From contig JACPJO010000005.1 in the NCBI GenBank assembly GCA_016187485.1, positions 71,499-135,498 of the forward strand: a stretch of 64,000 nucleotides of DNA, read 5' to 3'. The notes under the pieces are model-generated. The model ran no database searches, had not been told where the DNA came from, and saw only the letters and a list, made by a program, of their open reading frames with translations. This document shows, piece by piece, positions 48,089 through 58,466 of the stretch (its first letter is position 1; every line of letters starts with the position of its first letter). The DNA is from Candidatus Uhrbacteria bacterium. GTDB lineage: Bacteria; Patescibacteriota; Patescibacteriia; UBA9934; UBA10169. The position numbers and the translations under genes are program-made.

Positions 48089-49771
48089 CTAGTACTGCTC
48101 CTCGAGACGAAGAACTTTCTTGAACACGCCGCCGGGAGCCACACTCACGGCAAGGGAATGGTCGTGCGTCGTGCACACAGCACAACGCAGGGTAAGCAGG
48201 TAGTCGCCGGAGGGAACCTCGATCTCGAGCGGCGTGCGGCCGATCACGCGGTCGCCGAGCACGACATCCGCCGGCGGGCTCGTGTAGAGATCGAGCGTTG
48301 CGGGAAGTGCCTCTGGAAGTGCGGGAGACACACTCTCAGTGGGATTCTTGATGGCCGGCATCTCTTCTGTCCGTGCCGTTCGAGCAGGCATGAACGCTGC
48401 GGGCGAAGGAGGATCCGGCTCCACCATGATGGACGGAAGCCCAGCCGCTGAAGAAGTCGGCGCTACGACAGCCGTGAGGCGAGCACCTCCCACCGGCTCT
48501 TCCGTCTCCGACGTGGGCAGCACGGCACCGACCATGAGCACAAGCGCAAGAGCTGCCGCGAAGACAACCAACTCGAACCTCCGAGAGGACGGTTCCTTCC
48601 AGAGCAGCGGGGAATGGACCTCGTTGACCGTGACTGTCCTGGGCTCCTCAAGCACCGCCGGGCGTGCGCGCTGGCGGAGACCACGGTCGGAAGGCGGAGC
48701 AGGGACATCCCACTCGTCCACCTCTTCGGGTGCGGGGGGCGACGCTCCAATCGGTGCCACGAACATCGTATGGATCTCTTCCGTCGAGTCTTCCACGGGC
48801 TCCGGCGGCTTCTCCCCCGAGAAGAAGCCGTTGGGCCGCTCGGGCGGGAGGAGAAGCATCAGGCTTGCCCACCACGTCGTATGCACGAGTTCGTTGTCCG
48901 TAAACTGCAGGAGCTCGCGCAGATCGAGCAGGAGCTCTTCGGCTGATTGATAGCGAGCCGAGGAGTCACGCTGCCAGAGCCGTTCGAGGATGGCACCAGC
49001 CATGGGATGGATGGAGTGAATCTCCGCCACCTTGCCCGCCATGTCGTCCTTGATGACCGACATGAGCGTGCGCAGCGAGTCGTCTTCGTCGAACGCCCGG
49101 TTGAGCGAGAGGAGCTCGTAGAAGATGCTTCCCATGGCGAAGAGGTCCGAACGCGCGTCCAGGTCCTCGCCCTTCACCTGCTCGGGCGACATGTACGAGG
49201 GCGTACCCTTCGTCGTGCCGTCGCGAGTGAGGGTGAGGCGCTGGGTGTGGCGCGCGATGCCGAAGTCGGTGATGCGCACCGCACCCGTGCGGTCTACCAG
49301 GAGGTTGGCGGGCTTCAGGTCGCGGTGCACAAGACCGAGCGGCTGTCCGTCACGGTCCGCGAGCGTATGGAGATAGGCGAGTCCTTCGCAGATCTCAATG
49401 GCAACGCGCAGCGCCGAGGCCAGCGACACCGTAAGTTGCGTGTCGCGGCAGATGTCCACCAGCCGATCAAGGGGCCACCCGTCCACGTACTCCATTGCCA
49501 GGTAGAAATGGTCATCGCGGACAACACCGAAGTCGTACACGGTTACCACGTTCTTGTGCGCAAACAGCGCTCCGACGCGCGCCTCATCCGAGAGCGCACG
49601 GAGCTGATCCGGATCCGCAGCTTGACGAAGGAGCTTGAGCGCCACCGTCCGCCGGAACCCCATCGAACCACCGTGCTCTGCACGGTAGACAGCGCCAGAA
49701 GCGCCGCGGCCGAGCAGAGCCGAGATGTTGTAGGGCCCAAAAGGAATGGGCGCAAACGGCTTCGTCGTCAC
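48089..49771 (-). CDS. Hanks-type Ser/Thr protein kinase with TM helix and PEGA-like C-terminal domain
   Basis: GRGASGAV, VALK, HRDLKPAN, DFG, GTPSYMSPE; TM helix; 'TSPPADVVL..IGRTPL..VPSGDY' tail. Confidence 0.92.
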   Translation of the reverse strand: MTTKPFAPIPFGPYNISALLGRGASGAVYRAEHGGSMGFRRTVALKLLRQAADPDQLRALSDEARVGALFAHKNVVTVYDFGVVRDDHFYLAMEYVDGWPLDRLVDICRDTQLTVSLASALRVAIEICEGLAYLHTLADRDGQPLGLVHRDLKPANLLVDRTGAVRITDFGIARHTQRLTLTRDGTTKGTPSYMSPEQVKGEDLDARSDLFAMGSIFYELLSLNRAFDEDDSLRTLMSVIKDDMAGKVAEIHSIHPMAGAILERLWQRDSSARYQSAEELLLDLRELLQFTDNELVHTTWWASLMLLLPPERPNGFFSGEKPPEPVEDSTEEIHTMFVAPIGASPPAPEEVDEWDVPAPPSDRGLRQRARPAVLEEPRTVTVNEVHSPLLWKEPSSRRFELVVFAAALALVLMVGAVLPTSETEEPVGGARLTAVVAPTSSAAGLPSIMVEPDPPSPAAFMPARTARTEEMPAIKNPTESVSPALPEALPATLDLYTSPPADVVLGDRVIGRTPLEIEVPSGDYLLTLRCAVCTTHDHSLAVSVAPGGVFKKVLRLEEQY

Positions 49772-49804
49772 GTTGAGTTCCTTCCATGCTAAAGGTCTAC
49801 CTTG

Positions 49805-49833
49805 ACCTTAACACGCGCTCCTGTTCCTTTCAA
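49805..49833 (-). promoter_or_regulatory. Promoter of kinase gene
   Basis: TTGAAA-17-TAAGGT; the -35 contains the dnaX TGA. Confidence 0.55.
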
Positions 49834-51338
49834 GAAATCTCTGTACCGCCGAACTCTTCCAATAGGTCTCCGACGATTTCATCCGCTTTCCCGTGGACAT
49901 ACTCTCCACGCACACGAATCGGGACGGAGAAAATGCGCGCGAGCACAGATTCAAGTTTCTCACGATTACGCGGCGCATTTACCGTGTCCGCGTGAAATTT
50001 GAAATGGAACCCCATCGTGAGCGTGTCCCCCTCCATAGCAAGAGGCTCTGCTGATTTAAGTAAAAACCCAAGCGAGGCATGCGCTTCGGTGACTTTCGCG
50101 AAAATATCATTCCACCCCTGCTGAATTTTTGAAAACTCTACAACCGGAGACTCGTCTTTTTTCCCCGGTGTTTGCACGGGAAGTCCCTCCTCTACCTGTG
50201 GTGGAGGGGCAGAACCCTCTTCCACAGACGTGCTTCGTTCCCCTGATGCAGGAGTAAAAGGAGTAGCAGCTTTTACCACGGCAATCTCCAGGGGGAGAGA
50301 AGGAATGGAACTTTCCTCTGAAACGGCGGAGGAAAAAAGATTGATCATTTCCGTCCACTGCACGGGAGAACAGGTGTGTGCAAGAGCGCGTACGGTGGGA
50401 AGCAGATGCTGAGGCCAAGCAAGAGCAAGAGCGGACTCGTCTCCAAGACACGCAAGCATAAGATGGCGAGCGTAGGAAACTATTTCCTCTGCAAGACGAG
50501 AAGGGTCTCCTCCACTTTCTACAAAACGATGTAGGTGTCCCATCGCTTCCTTCGTTTGTGCATTCACGATGAAAGAAAGAAGGGCAAGAGCTTCTTCCAG
50601 ATAGCGACGTGGCAGAACAAGAGCGGCCTCCTCCATATGGATAACTCCATCACCGACAGCCAAAACCTGCGCCAGAAGACTCTCCGCATCACGCTGGCTT
50701 CCCTCCGACAGACGTGCGATCTCTTCTATCACGGCTCGGTCCACTTTTACTTTCTCCTTTTTGCAGAGCTCTTCCAAGCGCAGAGCAAGTTCGGCCAGAG
50801 GAATACGATGAAAATCAAACCGCTGCGTGCGTGAAATAATCGTCTCGGGAAGTTTATGCACCTCGGTTGTGGCAAGAATAAACAGCGCGTGAGTAGGCGG
50901 TTCTTCCAGCGTCTTTAAAAGTGCATTGAAGGCGCTTGTCGAAAGCATGTGTACTTCATCGATGATGAACACCTTGTACGGAGCGGCGTGCGGGGTGAAG
51001 CGAATCGCTTCGATGATGTGTTCGCGCACATGGTCCACCCCTGTGTGGCTTGCGGCATCCATCTCCACAACGTCAAGACTCCGCCCCTCTGTGATCTGCG
51101 TGCAAGAATCACATGCATTGCACGGTTCGCCCTGCTTTGAACGTTTGGCGCAGTTTACGGCTTTCGCAAGCAGTCGAGCCGTCGTCGTCTTTCCCACCCC
51201 CCGTGGTCCCGTAAACAAATACGCGTGTCCCACCGTGCCGCATGCCAACTGGTGGAGAAGCGTTGTGGAAATATGCGGCTGGCCGATCAGCGCAGAAAAG
51301 GTTTGCGGGCGGTATTTTCGGTAGAGGGTTTCAGACAT
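49830..51338 (-). CDS. dnaX: DNA polymerase III gamma/tau
   Basis: LYRKYRPQTF, GPRGVGKTT, PCNAC..C, IIDEVHMLS, ALLKTLEEPP. Confidence 0.97.
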   Translation of the reverse strand: MSETLYRKYRPQTFSALIGQPHISTTLLHQLACGTVGHAYLFTGPRGVGKTTTARLLAKAVNCAKRSKQGEPCNACDSCTQITEGRSLDVVEMDAASHTGVDHVREHIIEAIRFTPHAAPYKVFIIDEVHMLSTSAFNALLKTLEEPPTHALFILATTEVHKLPETIISRTQRFDFHRIPLAELALRLEELCKKEKVKVDRAVIEEIARLSEGSQRDAESLLAQVLAVGDGVIHMEEAALVLPRRYLEEALALLSFIVNAQTKEAMGHLHRFVESGGDPSRLAEEIVSYARHLMLACLGDESALALAWPQHLLPTVRALAHTCSPVQWTEMINLFSSAVSEESSIPSLPLEIAVVKAATPFTPASGERSTSVEEGSAPPPQVEEGLPVQTPGKKDESPVVEFSKIQQGWNDIFAKVTEAHASLGFLLKSAEPLAMEGDTLTMGFHFKFHADTVNAPRNREKLESVLARIFSVPIRVRGEYVHGKADEIVGDLLEEFGGTEIS

Positions 51339-51373
51339 AGCCGCGCCATTGTAGCACGCTCTCTTCCCTCCTC

Positions 51374-52009
51374 CTACCCCTTTGCCTGGCGGATAACATT
51401 CTCCACTGCCGCCCAGGTACTTGGCGTATTTTTTGGCACTAAAACAATAATCTGATCGCCTTCCTGGCCCTTAAAAAACGTCACGCTCGCGGTGAGAACC
51501 TTCCAGACATGCTCGTGAGATTCATCAATAGCAACGTATCCGTTCGCCGACGCATCCCATGCCAGAGATGCTTGTAAACGTCGCCGCTCGATAGGTCCTA
51601 CTTGTTTGTACAAAAACGTTCCGTCCGCACGAATAGTGAGTTTCAATATATCGCCCTCCACGAGACGCGATTTAGACGCGTAGTTCGGCGGCACAACATA
51701 GCTTTGTCCATCCGAGCCGATCATCTGTTCCCCATCAAAAACACCTTCGACAACTTTTTCCGCTTGTAGACGCGCAAGCTCTGGCGTGTGCGCCGACTGC
51801 TTTGCAAGAAGCTCTACAAGAATTTGTCGCCCCTGCGCTTCGGTCCCAGACTCAAGAAGATCAATGGCATTTTGCATGGCCTCCTTTGCGTGGCGAAGAA
51901 TACGCAAAACCAATTCGGTGCGCGCACCTTCGCCCGCGCGGACAGGCTCCTCGCCAAACCCCGGCTCTGGCTCAAAAGACGTTTCCTCTTGATCTGTCAT
52001 GTGGGACAT
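51374..52009 (-). CDS. Conserved hypothetical protein (CPR-type)
   Basis: EGVFDGEQMIG..G..Y.VP.NYASKS.LVEGD.LKLTI block; co-oriented in the operon. Confidence 0.7.
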   Translation of the reverse strand: MSHMTDQEETSFEPEPGFGEEPVRAGEGARTELVLRILRHAKEAMQNAIDLLESGTEAQGRQILVELLAKQSAHTPELARLQAEKVVEGVFDGEQMIGSDGQSYVVPPNYASKSRLVEGDILKLTIRADGTFLYKQVGPIERRRLQASLAWDASANGYVAIDESHEHVWKVLTASVTFFKGQEGDQIIVLVPKNTPSTWAAVENVIRQAKG

Positions 52010-52012
52010 ACG

Positions 52013-54467
52013 CTAGAATTCCCCAACCGGCACTGGTTGTGCCTCCCCCACGCCTCCAAGCGCAGAGCGCTCAAGTATCTCTTCTTCCACGAGTACACGT
52101 TCACGGCCGTACTTCAACCGAGAAAGTTCTTTGATGGCAGCGGCAAGCTCAGGGTTCCCCTTGGGTGGCAGGACCGTGTGAAGGGTAAACGGTTTCTGCG
52201 CATCGTTATCAATAATCATTTTGGAGTACCACGTAAATTTCTCGGCATTAATAAGATCGTAGCCGGAGAAAAGGGGCGCAAATTCTTTTTCCAGTACCTC
52301 TGCATCTTCTACGCCGATGCGCGAAACAAACATCGTTCCCACGTTTCCGAGCACCGCGTCCCGTACTTCCGTTTTGTTGTCCTTAACCAACTGCCCCATA
52401 TATTGGTGCGCCATAATGAGGTCCAGACGATATTTACGCGCCTCAGAAAGGATGGTAGCGATCGAGTCCGTAATAAAGTTTTGGAACTCGTCAATATAGA
52501 GATAGAAATCCTTGCGCTGTTCCTCGGGCATATCGGCGCGCGCCAGCGCCGCCATTTGAAGCTTCGCGACGATGATGAGACCCAAAAGCGAAGCGTTCAC
52601 TTCGCCCGTCTTCCCTTTGGAAAGATTCACAATGAGGATCTTGCTCTGATCCATGATCTCGCGAATGGAGAACCCTGAATGCGACTGGCCAATGATGTTA
52701 CGTATCATGGTGTTTTCCACAAATCGTCCGACTTTGGAGATCAGATAGCCGAGCATCTCAGACTTGTGGAAGTCACTCGTTTTCGCCATCTCTTTTTCCC
52801 AGAACGCACGCACAACCGGGTCTTTCACCTTTGCGACCCATTGTTTTTGGTATGCTTCGTCACTGAACATGCGCGGGATCTCCGCCACCGTGCCCGGATT
52901 TCCCAGATCCGACATGAGCGTCAGCATCACATTACGCATGTTGTGCTCAAACATGGGACCGATCATCTCTGGCGGGAACAACTTGTAAAAGATCGCAATC
53001 ATTTCTTGCACGGCAAAGTCCACTTGTGATTCACTCTCGGCCTCAAGCATATTAAGTCCCACCGGCCGATCCAGGTCTGACGGGTCAAAGACGACAACGT
53101 CATCCACGCGCTCTTTAGGAATGTTCCCAAGCACCTGCTCAGCGAGATCTCCGTGTGGATCAATCACGCACAGGCCATGCAGTCTTGATGAAGACGGGTT
53201 TCGTCCCCCCGCGGTAGATGTTGTTGCCAAGAAACAATCCTTCGATCGGCGTATTTATCGGCGCCGGAGCGCGGCGCGCGCGAAGCCAATAAATATTCGG
53301 GGTGTCGGTCCACGGAAGTGGCGGGTGCCAAAGGGATGCCATCTCTTGCGTATTGAAGACAACTCTCTGCCCACCCTCCCAATCGCGGAAGATGAACTTA
53401 CGAATCACGCGCTTCTTTGAATGCGGGATTGCCCGTTCAAATTTATTGCCGTATTCATAAATGTTGAATTGAGAAAAAGCGTTCACTGTGTTTTGGAGAA
53501 TTGCTTCTGCGCGCGCTCCTGCCGCCGCGCTTACGACGATACGGATATTCACCTCCATACCGGATTTAGACGCTTTTTCCTCGATACGCTTCACCGTCTC
53601 CTCTTCCTGCGGAGACAAGCGGTGTTCGTCACGCGTAGATTGACGCTTCTGTACTTCTTCTTTCGTGCGAAGGTCATCAAGAAGCCCGCGTTCATTCTTC
53701 TTTTTTCCCGCCAGCGCCTCTGCAAGCGACATGCCTGACTGTATGCGCCGCGCGATGGCTAATCCCTCATCACGCCATGAAGGCTTCGCCGTGCGCACGA
53801 TGTATTGAACGGCAGTTCCTTCCCCCTCCTCTATCTTCGAGAAGGTATTGGTGATGGCGCTCATCGGATCAGACTCGATGTCCTTGTACGTGCGGATAGG
53901 AAAACCGACAGGGCGTGCAAACTGTAAATAGGCGCCAAGAATCACGCCGGTGGGGGTAAATAAGTTGTAATCCTCTGTCTCCTCGATGTGCGCATCAGGA
54001 TACTGCGCCAAGATTTGCTGCTCAATAAGTTCTGCAAAACGCACAGGCGCCGCAATGTAGAATTTAATAAGCTTCTGATGGCAGACAATCTCAAAGGAAA
54101 AGTGATCGTCGCGTCCAAAAAGCCACGCAAAAAAACCATGCTGATGTTTGATGCCTCCGATGGAGGCAAACAAACTCTCCGCCACGGCTATCGCCTCGTT
54201 TTTTTGTTCCTTCGTTACCTGCTTGGATGTTTCTTCTTCCGAACGAAACTTTGGTACCGCTAACAAAAATAATTTCATGGCATACTGCCCCTGGCGCCGA
54301 TGTCCCACAAAGATCATGAACGCGCGAAAAGCAAAGAGAACGAGGATGGTCGCAAGAACAAGGCCCCAAAACCAAAACACGGCGGCCACTAACCACGACG
54401 CGCCTCCGGCAGGAACGGATGAAGCAAAATTCTCTTCAGTGAACGTTGTTGCGGCGAGCAAGCTCAT
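52013..54467 (-). pseudogene. VirD4/TraG-like (type IV coupling/HerA-type) ATPase, split by deletion and frameshift near 53180
   Basis: N-half (TM) runs to ...KPVFIKT, then another frame reads HGLCVIDPHGDL...YLYIDEFQNF..LSEARKYRL; no Walker A in either frame. Confidence 0.75.
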
Positions 54468-54933
54468 GGATTTTGTCTGTTTTTATTTTTGCCTCCTGTT
54501 CGAGAAAAAATTTGTTCACGCCGGGAATCATCTGCAACCACCCGCGAATCATCCCAATTACTTTGCGCAAGGAAAGTTTTGCTCCTGCCATCATAACGCG
54601 GAGTCTCCCCGCTACTTCTTCTCCTTTCGCGCGAAAAACCTTTTGTGTCTCCGGGTCCATGTGTCCGTAAACCTCGCCTAAGTCCTCCTCTAGAACTCCC
54701 TCGATCGCTTCCGAGAGAGGATCCTTCGCGGGCGCAGCCGTAGCAACAGATTCCGCCGGGGCGGGAAGGGAGACGGGTGCTGCAGGTTCGGCGCCCTCAT
54801 GTAACGGAGAGGGCGTCTCCACAGGCGCCGGCGACGCAACTTCATGATCCTCCGCACGCTGCTCAACCGGTGCGTCAACATCAACCCGCGGCTGCTCTGG
54901 TGATGCCTCGTTCTTCCTCAGTAATTCAGCCAT
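54436..54933 (-). CDS. Conserved hypothetical protein (CPR-type)
   Basis: P/A-rich N-terminus, C-terminal WL.MIPGVNKFFLEQEAKIKTDKI; TGCTATACT 8 nt before ATG. Confidence 0.75.
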   Translation of the reverse strand: MAELLRKNEASPEQPRVDVDAPVEQRAEDHEVASPAPVETPSPLHEGAEPAAPVSLPAPAESVATAAPAKDPLSEAIEGVLEEDLGEVYGHMDPETQKVFRAKGEEVAGRLRVMMAGAKLSLRKVIGMIRGWLQMIPGVNKFFLEQEAKIKTDKIHELARRNNVH

Positions 54934-54989
54934 ACGGGAATAGTATAGCAGATAAATATTTTCCTAGCCGATTCGTTAGCACCCAACCA

Positions 54990-55018
54990 TTGACAGAACA
55001 GCTAAAATGTGGTACTTT
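54990..55018 (+). promoter_or_regulatory. Sigma70-type promoter
   Basis: TTGACA-17-TACTTT with TG extension. Confidence 0.65.
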
Positions 55019-55070
55019 CGCCATAGTTTCGCACCTCTAACACCACACCCAGGCCGAAGGAGAGCTACCC

Positions 55071-55499
55071 ATGACTGCGAACACGTACCCTGACTGGAGG
55101 TCACCCACATCGGATCTGGCAAAGCTCGCTCTCATCAAGAGGGAGTGGGGCGCACAGATCGACAACACCTACCTCTGGTACGAGATCGGGCCCATCACTC
55201 GGCTCACCAACGAGGAGGTCGCCACCATCGTGAAGCAGTGCTTCGTTCACCACACCGTCGGCTTCGGCGACGTGGAGATCCACCCGTCCATGCTCATCCA
55301 GGGAGCAATGTTGCTGCGCCTGCGCGGCACCCTCTTCCTCCAGCCCGCCCTCACGATTCGCAACCGTTACTGCCCGCTCTACCAGGTGGGCCACGGGGGC
55401 GGATTCGTCACGACGGCGGACGACGATTGCGTCAACTTCCACCGCGTGTGGGAACTGGACGCGAAGGAGACCGAGGTGGGGCCCATCGTCCTGCACTGA
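55071..55499 (+). CDS. Hypothetical protein (GC-rich accessory gene)
   Basis: 142-aa ORF, AAGGAG SD, strong C/G third-position bias, own promoter. Confidence 0.75.
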   Translation: MTANTYPDWRSPTSDLAKLALIKREWGAQIDNTYLWYEIGPITRLTNEEVATIVKQCFVHHTVGFGDVEIHPSMLIQGAMLLRLRGTLFLQPALTIRNRYCPLYQVGHGGGFVTTADDDCVNFHRVWELDAKETEVGPIVLH

Positions 55500-55634
55500 C
55501 GAGGCCACGAGGCCAAGGGGTGTGGTGATGTGGTTCCCGATCATCGGGCTGACATCTCCCTCTGGGACAGCCGACAAGCTGTCCCAACCCCTTCTTTTGT
55601 ACACCAAATCATGTTGTTCAGAAGAAGTGGTGAA

Positions 55635-55671
55635 AACACAAACCCATCGCGTAATGCGATGGGTTTGTGTT
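55635..55671. terminator. 16-bp perfect hairpin between convergent genes
   Basis: AACACAAACCCATCGC-gtaat-GCGATGGGTTTGTGTT. Confidence 0.7.
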
Positions 55672-55689
55672 GCTTCCAAGATGGGGTAT

Positions 55690-57078
55690 TTAGTCCCCCT
55701 TTTGCACTTTTGTCCCTGTGGGAGTATCCACGACATCAAACCCGTGCGAGGCAATCTCCTCGCGCAGGCGGTCGGATTCTTTCCAGTCCTTTTGCGCCCG
55801 CGACGCATCTCGCGCCTGCACAAGTTGCTGAACCGCTTGGGAAATTTCCAATGGTTTGCCCAAAGTTTGCGAAAGATGAAGACCAAGCACCTCGTCGAAT
55901 TTCAACAGAGTCCGCGCCCGTGCCCTCGTCGGCATTGTTCCATCATCAACCAGCTTCCACAAAACTGAAAGGGCCTGCGGGGTATTAAGATCGTCATTGA
56001 GCGCCGCCATAAACTCCTCCTCATATCCTGCGCAACCGGCAACACCCGGCGCATCCCAGTCCCGCAATGTCTCGCGCAAACGCCGAAGCGTTGCATCCGC
56101 TGCCAAAAGCGACTCGAAAGTAAAATTCAGTTTATGCCGATAATGAGTGCCATGTGCAAGAAGACGGTAGGACGTCGGGTCGAATCCCTTCTTTGCAAGA
56201 TCATCCAGCGTATAGAGATTTCCAAGCGACTTCCCCATCCTCCCTCCGTCCACCGTAAGAAATTCGCTATGCATCCACACGCGTGCTTGCGGCACCCCAT
56301 AGGCCCCTTTTGTTTGCGCGATCTCGTTCTCGTGGTGGACAGGGATATGATCCACGCCACCGGTGTGAATATCGAATGTGTGTCCTAAATATTTGGTAGA
56401 CATGGCTGAACATTCAATGTGCCAGCCTGGAAACCCTACACCCCACGGAGATTCCCACTCCATTTGTCGCGTGGATCCTTTTGGAGAAAACTTCCACAAG
56501 GCGAAATCCGTTGCGTGGCGTTTTTGCGTGTTAATGGCGACTCGTGCGCCCTCTTCCTTCTCTTCGAGCGGCTGACCACTCAACTCCCCATAGCTTGGGA
56601 GCTTTGCTGTATCGAAATACACGCCATCGTCTATGCGATACGTATATCCGTTCTTCTCGAGTGTCTGGATCATCTCGATCTGTTCGGCGATATGATCTGT
56701 TGCCTTTACAAGTTTGGAAGGGGCTAAAATACCGAGCCGTTCCGTGTCGCGCAGAAATGCCTCCGTATAAAATGCGGCGACCTCCCACGCGGTCTTCCCT
56801 TCACGTTTTGCTCCCACCTCCAGCTTATCCTCTCCTTCATCGCCGTCGGAAACGAGGTGACCGACATCGGTGATATTCATCACGTGATCAACATCTAAAC
56901 CATTCGCCATGAGCACGCGTTTGAGAATATCAGCAAAAAGGTACGCGCGAAGATTGCCGATGTGCGCATACCAGTACACTGTAGGACCGCATGTATAGAG
57001 GCCGACATGGCCCTGGCGGATGGGTTCAAAGGGCTCTTTCTTGCGCGTAAGTGTGTTGAACAACGTAAGAGTACTCAT
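55690..57078 (-). CDS. cysS: Cysteine--tRNA ligase
   Basis: [41 protein letters not shown]. Confidence 0.97.
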   Translation of the reverse strand: MSTLTLFNTLTRKKEPFEPIRQGHVGLYTCGPTVYWYAHIGNLRAYLFADILKRVLMANGLDVDHVMNITDVGHLVSDGDEGEDKLEVGAKREGKTAWEVAAFYTEAFLRDTERLGILAPSKLVKATDHIAEQIEMIQTLEKNGYTYRIDDGVYFDTAKLPSYGELSGQPLEEKEEGARVAINTQKRHATDFALWKFSPKGSTRQMEWESPWGVGFPGWHIECSAMSTKYLGHTFDIHTGGVDHIPVHHENEIAQTKGAYGVPQARVWMHSEFLTVDGGRMGKSLGNLYTLDDLAKKGFDPTSYRLLAHGTHYRHKLNFTFESLLAADATLRRLRETLRDWDAPGVAGCAGYEEEFMAALNDDLNTPQALSVLWKLVDDGTMPTRARARTLLKFDEVLGLHLSQTLGKPLEISQAVQQLVQARDASRAQKDWKESDRLREEIASHGFDVVDTPTGTKVQKGD

Positions 57079-57135
57079 ACGTCGAGAATCATAGCATATC
57101 CCATGAAATAGTGGCCCTTACTAGGGAGCCGCCGA

Positions 57136-58200
57136 TTATTCGTTCAGGCCGAGATCTTCGAGCAGTCGTCTTTGGTCTTTTGTGAGTTTCTCTGGCGTCA
57201 CAACCCGCACGGTCACAAAGTGGTCGCCACGCACACTGCCTTGCGGAACTCCTTTGCCGCGTAGACGAAGCTCCATACCGCTTTGTGTTCCCGCGGGGAC
57301 ATGCATAAGCACAGTGCCGCCATCCACCGTCGGCACTTCCACTTCTGCGCCAAGAGCGGCTTGCGTAAATCCGAGACGCGTTTCGCTTCGAATATGTTCT
57401 CCGTCACGAGAAAAGCGGTGATCTGGTTTTACATGTATGCGTAGATAGAGATCGCCTGCCTTCGCTCCGCGCGGACCCGCCTCTCCTTCGCCGCGCACAC
57501 GGATGGTGTCGCTCTCATCTACACCGGCGGGGATTTTCACGCTCAACGTCTTACGCCCGCGGTCAAGCCCGCTCCCCCTGCACATGCCGCACGTCCGTTC
57601 CGGCGCCTGTCCCTCCCCCTGGCATGCGGCGCACGTTCTTTGCGTGCGAATGTTCCCAAGAATAGTGCGCTCAATATGCGAGACGATTCCTTCCCCCTTA
57701 CACTCCGAACAAGTCTTCATCTTTGATCCTGGCTCTGCGCCCGTTCCCCCGCACCGTTCGCAGGAAATAGTTTTCGTCAATGCAACATCTCTCTCTACCC
57801 CAAAGATGGCTTCGCGAAACTCAAGCGTTACATCCGCTTGAATATCCGCTCCGCGCGGCGCCTGCCCCCTTCGCCCTCCCCCCATGCCAAAGGCGTCCCC
57901 AAAAATATCTCCTAAATCAAAGGAGAAATCTCCAAAGCCTCCCCTGCCGCCAAACCCGTGCGCCCCGCCGAATCCACCGCTGTTTTGTTCAAAGGCAGCA
58001 CTTCCAAATTGATCATACTTTCGACGCTTCTCCGGATTACTAAGTACTTGATACGCCTCGTTGATTTCTTTGAACTTTGCTTCGTCTCCTGTTTTTTTAT
58101 CGGGGTGATGCGCATGCGCCAAACGACGGAAGGCTTTTTTAATATCCTCCGCCGATGCGCTCCGCTCGACGCCAAGTACGTTGTAGTAATCTTTTGGCAT
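57136..58200 (-). CDS. dnaJ: Chaperone DnaJ
   Basis: DYY.VLGV, HPD, G/F region, four CxxCxGxG. Confidence 0.97.
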   Translation of the reverse strand: MPKDYYNVLGVERSASAEDIKKAFRRLAHAHHPDKKTGDEAKFKEINEAYQVLSNPEKRRKYDQFGSAAFEQNSGGFGGAHGFGGRGGFGDFSFDLGDIFGDAFGMGGGRRGQAPRGADIQADVTLEFREAIFGVERDVALTKTISCERCGGTGAEPGSKMKTCSECKGEGIVSHIERTILGNIRTQRTCAACQGEGQAPERTCGMCRGSGLDRGRKTLSVKIPAGVDESDTIRVRGEGEAGPRGAKAGDLYLRIHVKPDHRFSRDGEHIRSETRLGFTQAALGAEVEVPTVDGGTVLMHVPAGTQSGMELRLRGKGVPQGSVRGDHFVTVRVVTPEKLTKDQRRLLEDLGLNE

Positions 58201-58243
58201 GTATCCAAGAAGTGCCGTCATGGGCGCAGGGTCCCTCGGTGAT

Positions 58244-58462
58244 CTAGTGTCCGCTGTGATGTCCACCAAATACCATTGTCGACACGAAAAACAGTAAGAG
58301 GAAAAACGCGCCGATCACTATCCACGAAATAAGGTGTGTTTCCGCTACGAATTCTAGCATCTGTACGGTATTGCCGCAGGTATCCGGCGGAGGGTACGTA
58401 AACGTACGCGCACAACCAGATGCTATCTCCGCTCTCGCAAGGAGCGCCATCTCGATAGACAT
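58244..58462 (-). CDS. Small hypothetical membrane protein between dnaK and dnaJ
   Basis: 72-aa ORF starting 4 nt after the dnaK stop; one TM helix; His-rich C-terminus. Confidence 0.5.
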   Translation of the reverse strand: MSIEMALLARAEIASGCARTFTYPPPDTCGNTVQMLEFVAETHLISWIVIGAFFLLLFFVSTMVFGGHHSGH

Positions 58463-58466
58463 AACC

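Noticed and set aside
46174-49830. Prophage or island integrated at tRNA-Gln
   Set aside because: No att repeat near dnaX, no mobility genes, and the rib genes have core-like composition.
53160-53230. Programmed ribosomal frameshift joining the two ATPase halves
   Set aside because: No slippery sequence at the junction, and a joined product would still lack Walker A.
55515-55593. Hammerhead ribozyme
   Set aside because: The CUGANGA and GAAA core nucleotides are absent at the junction on both strands.
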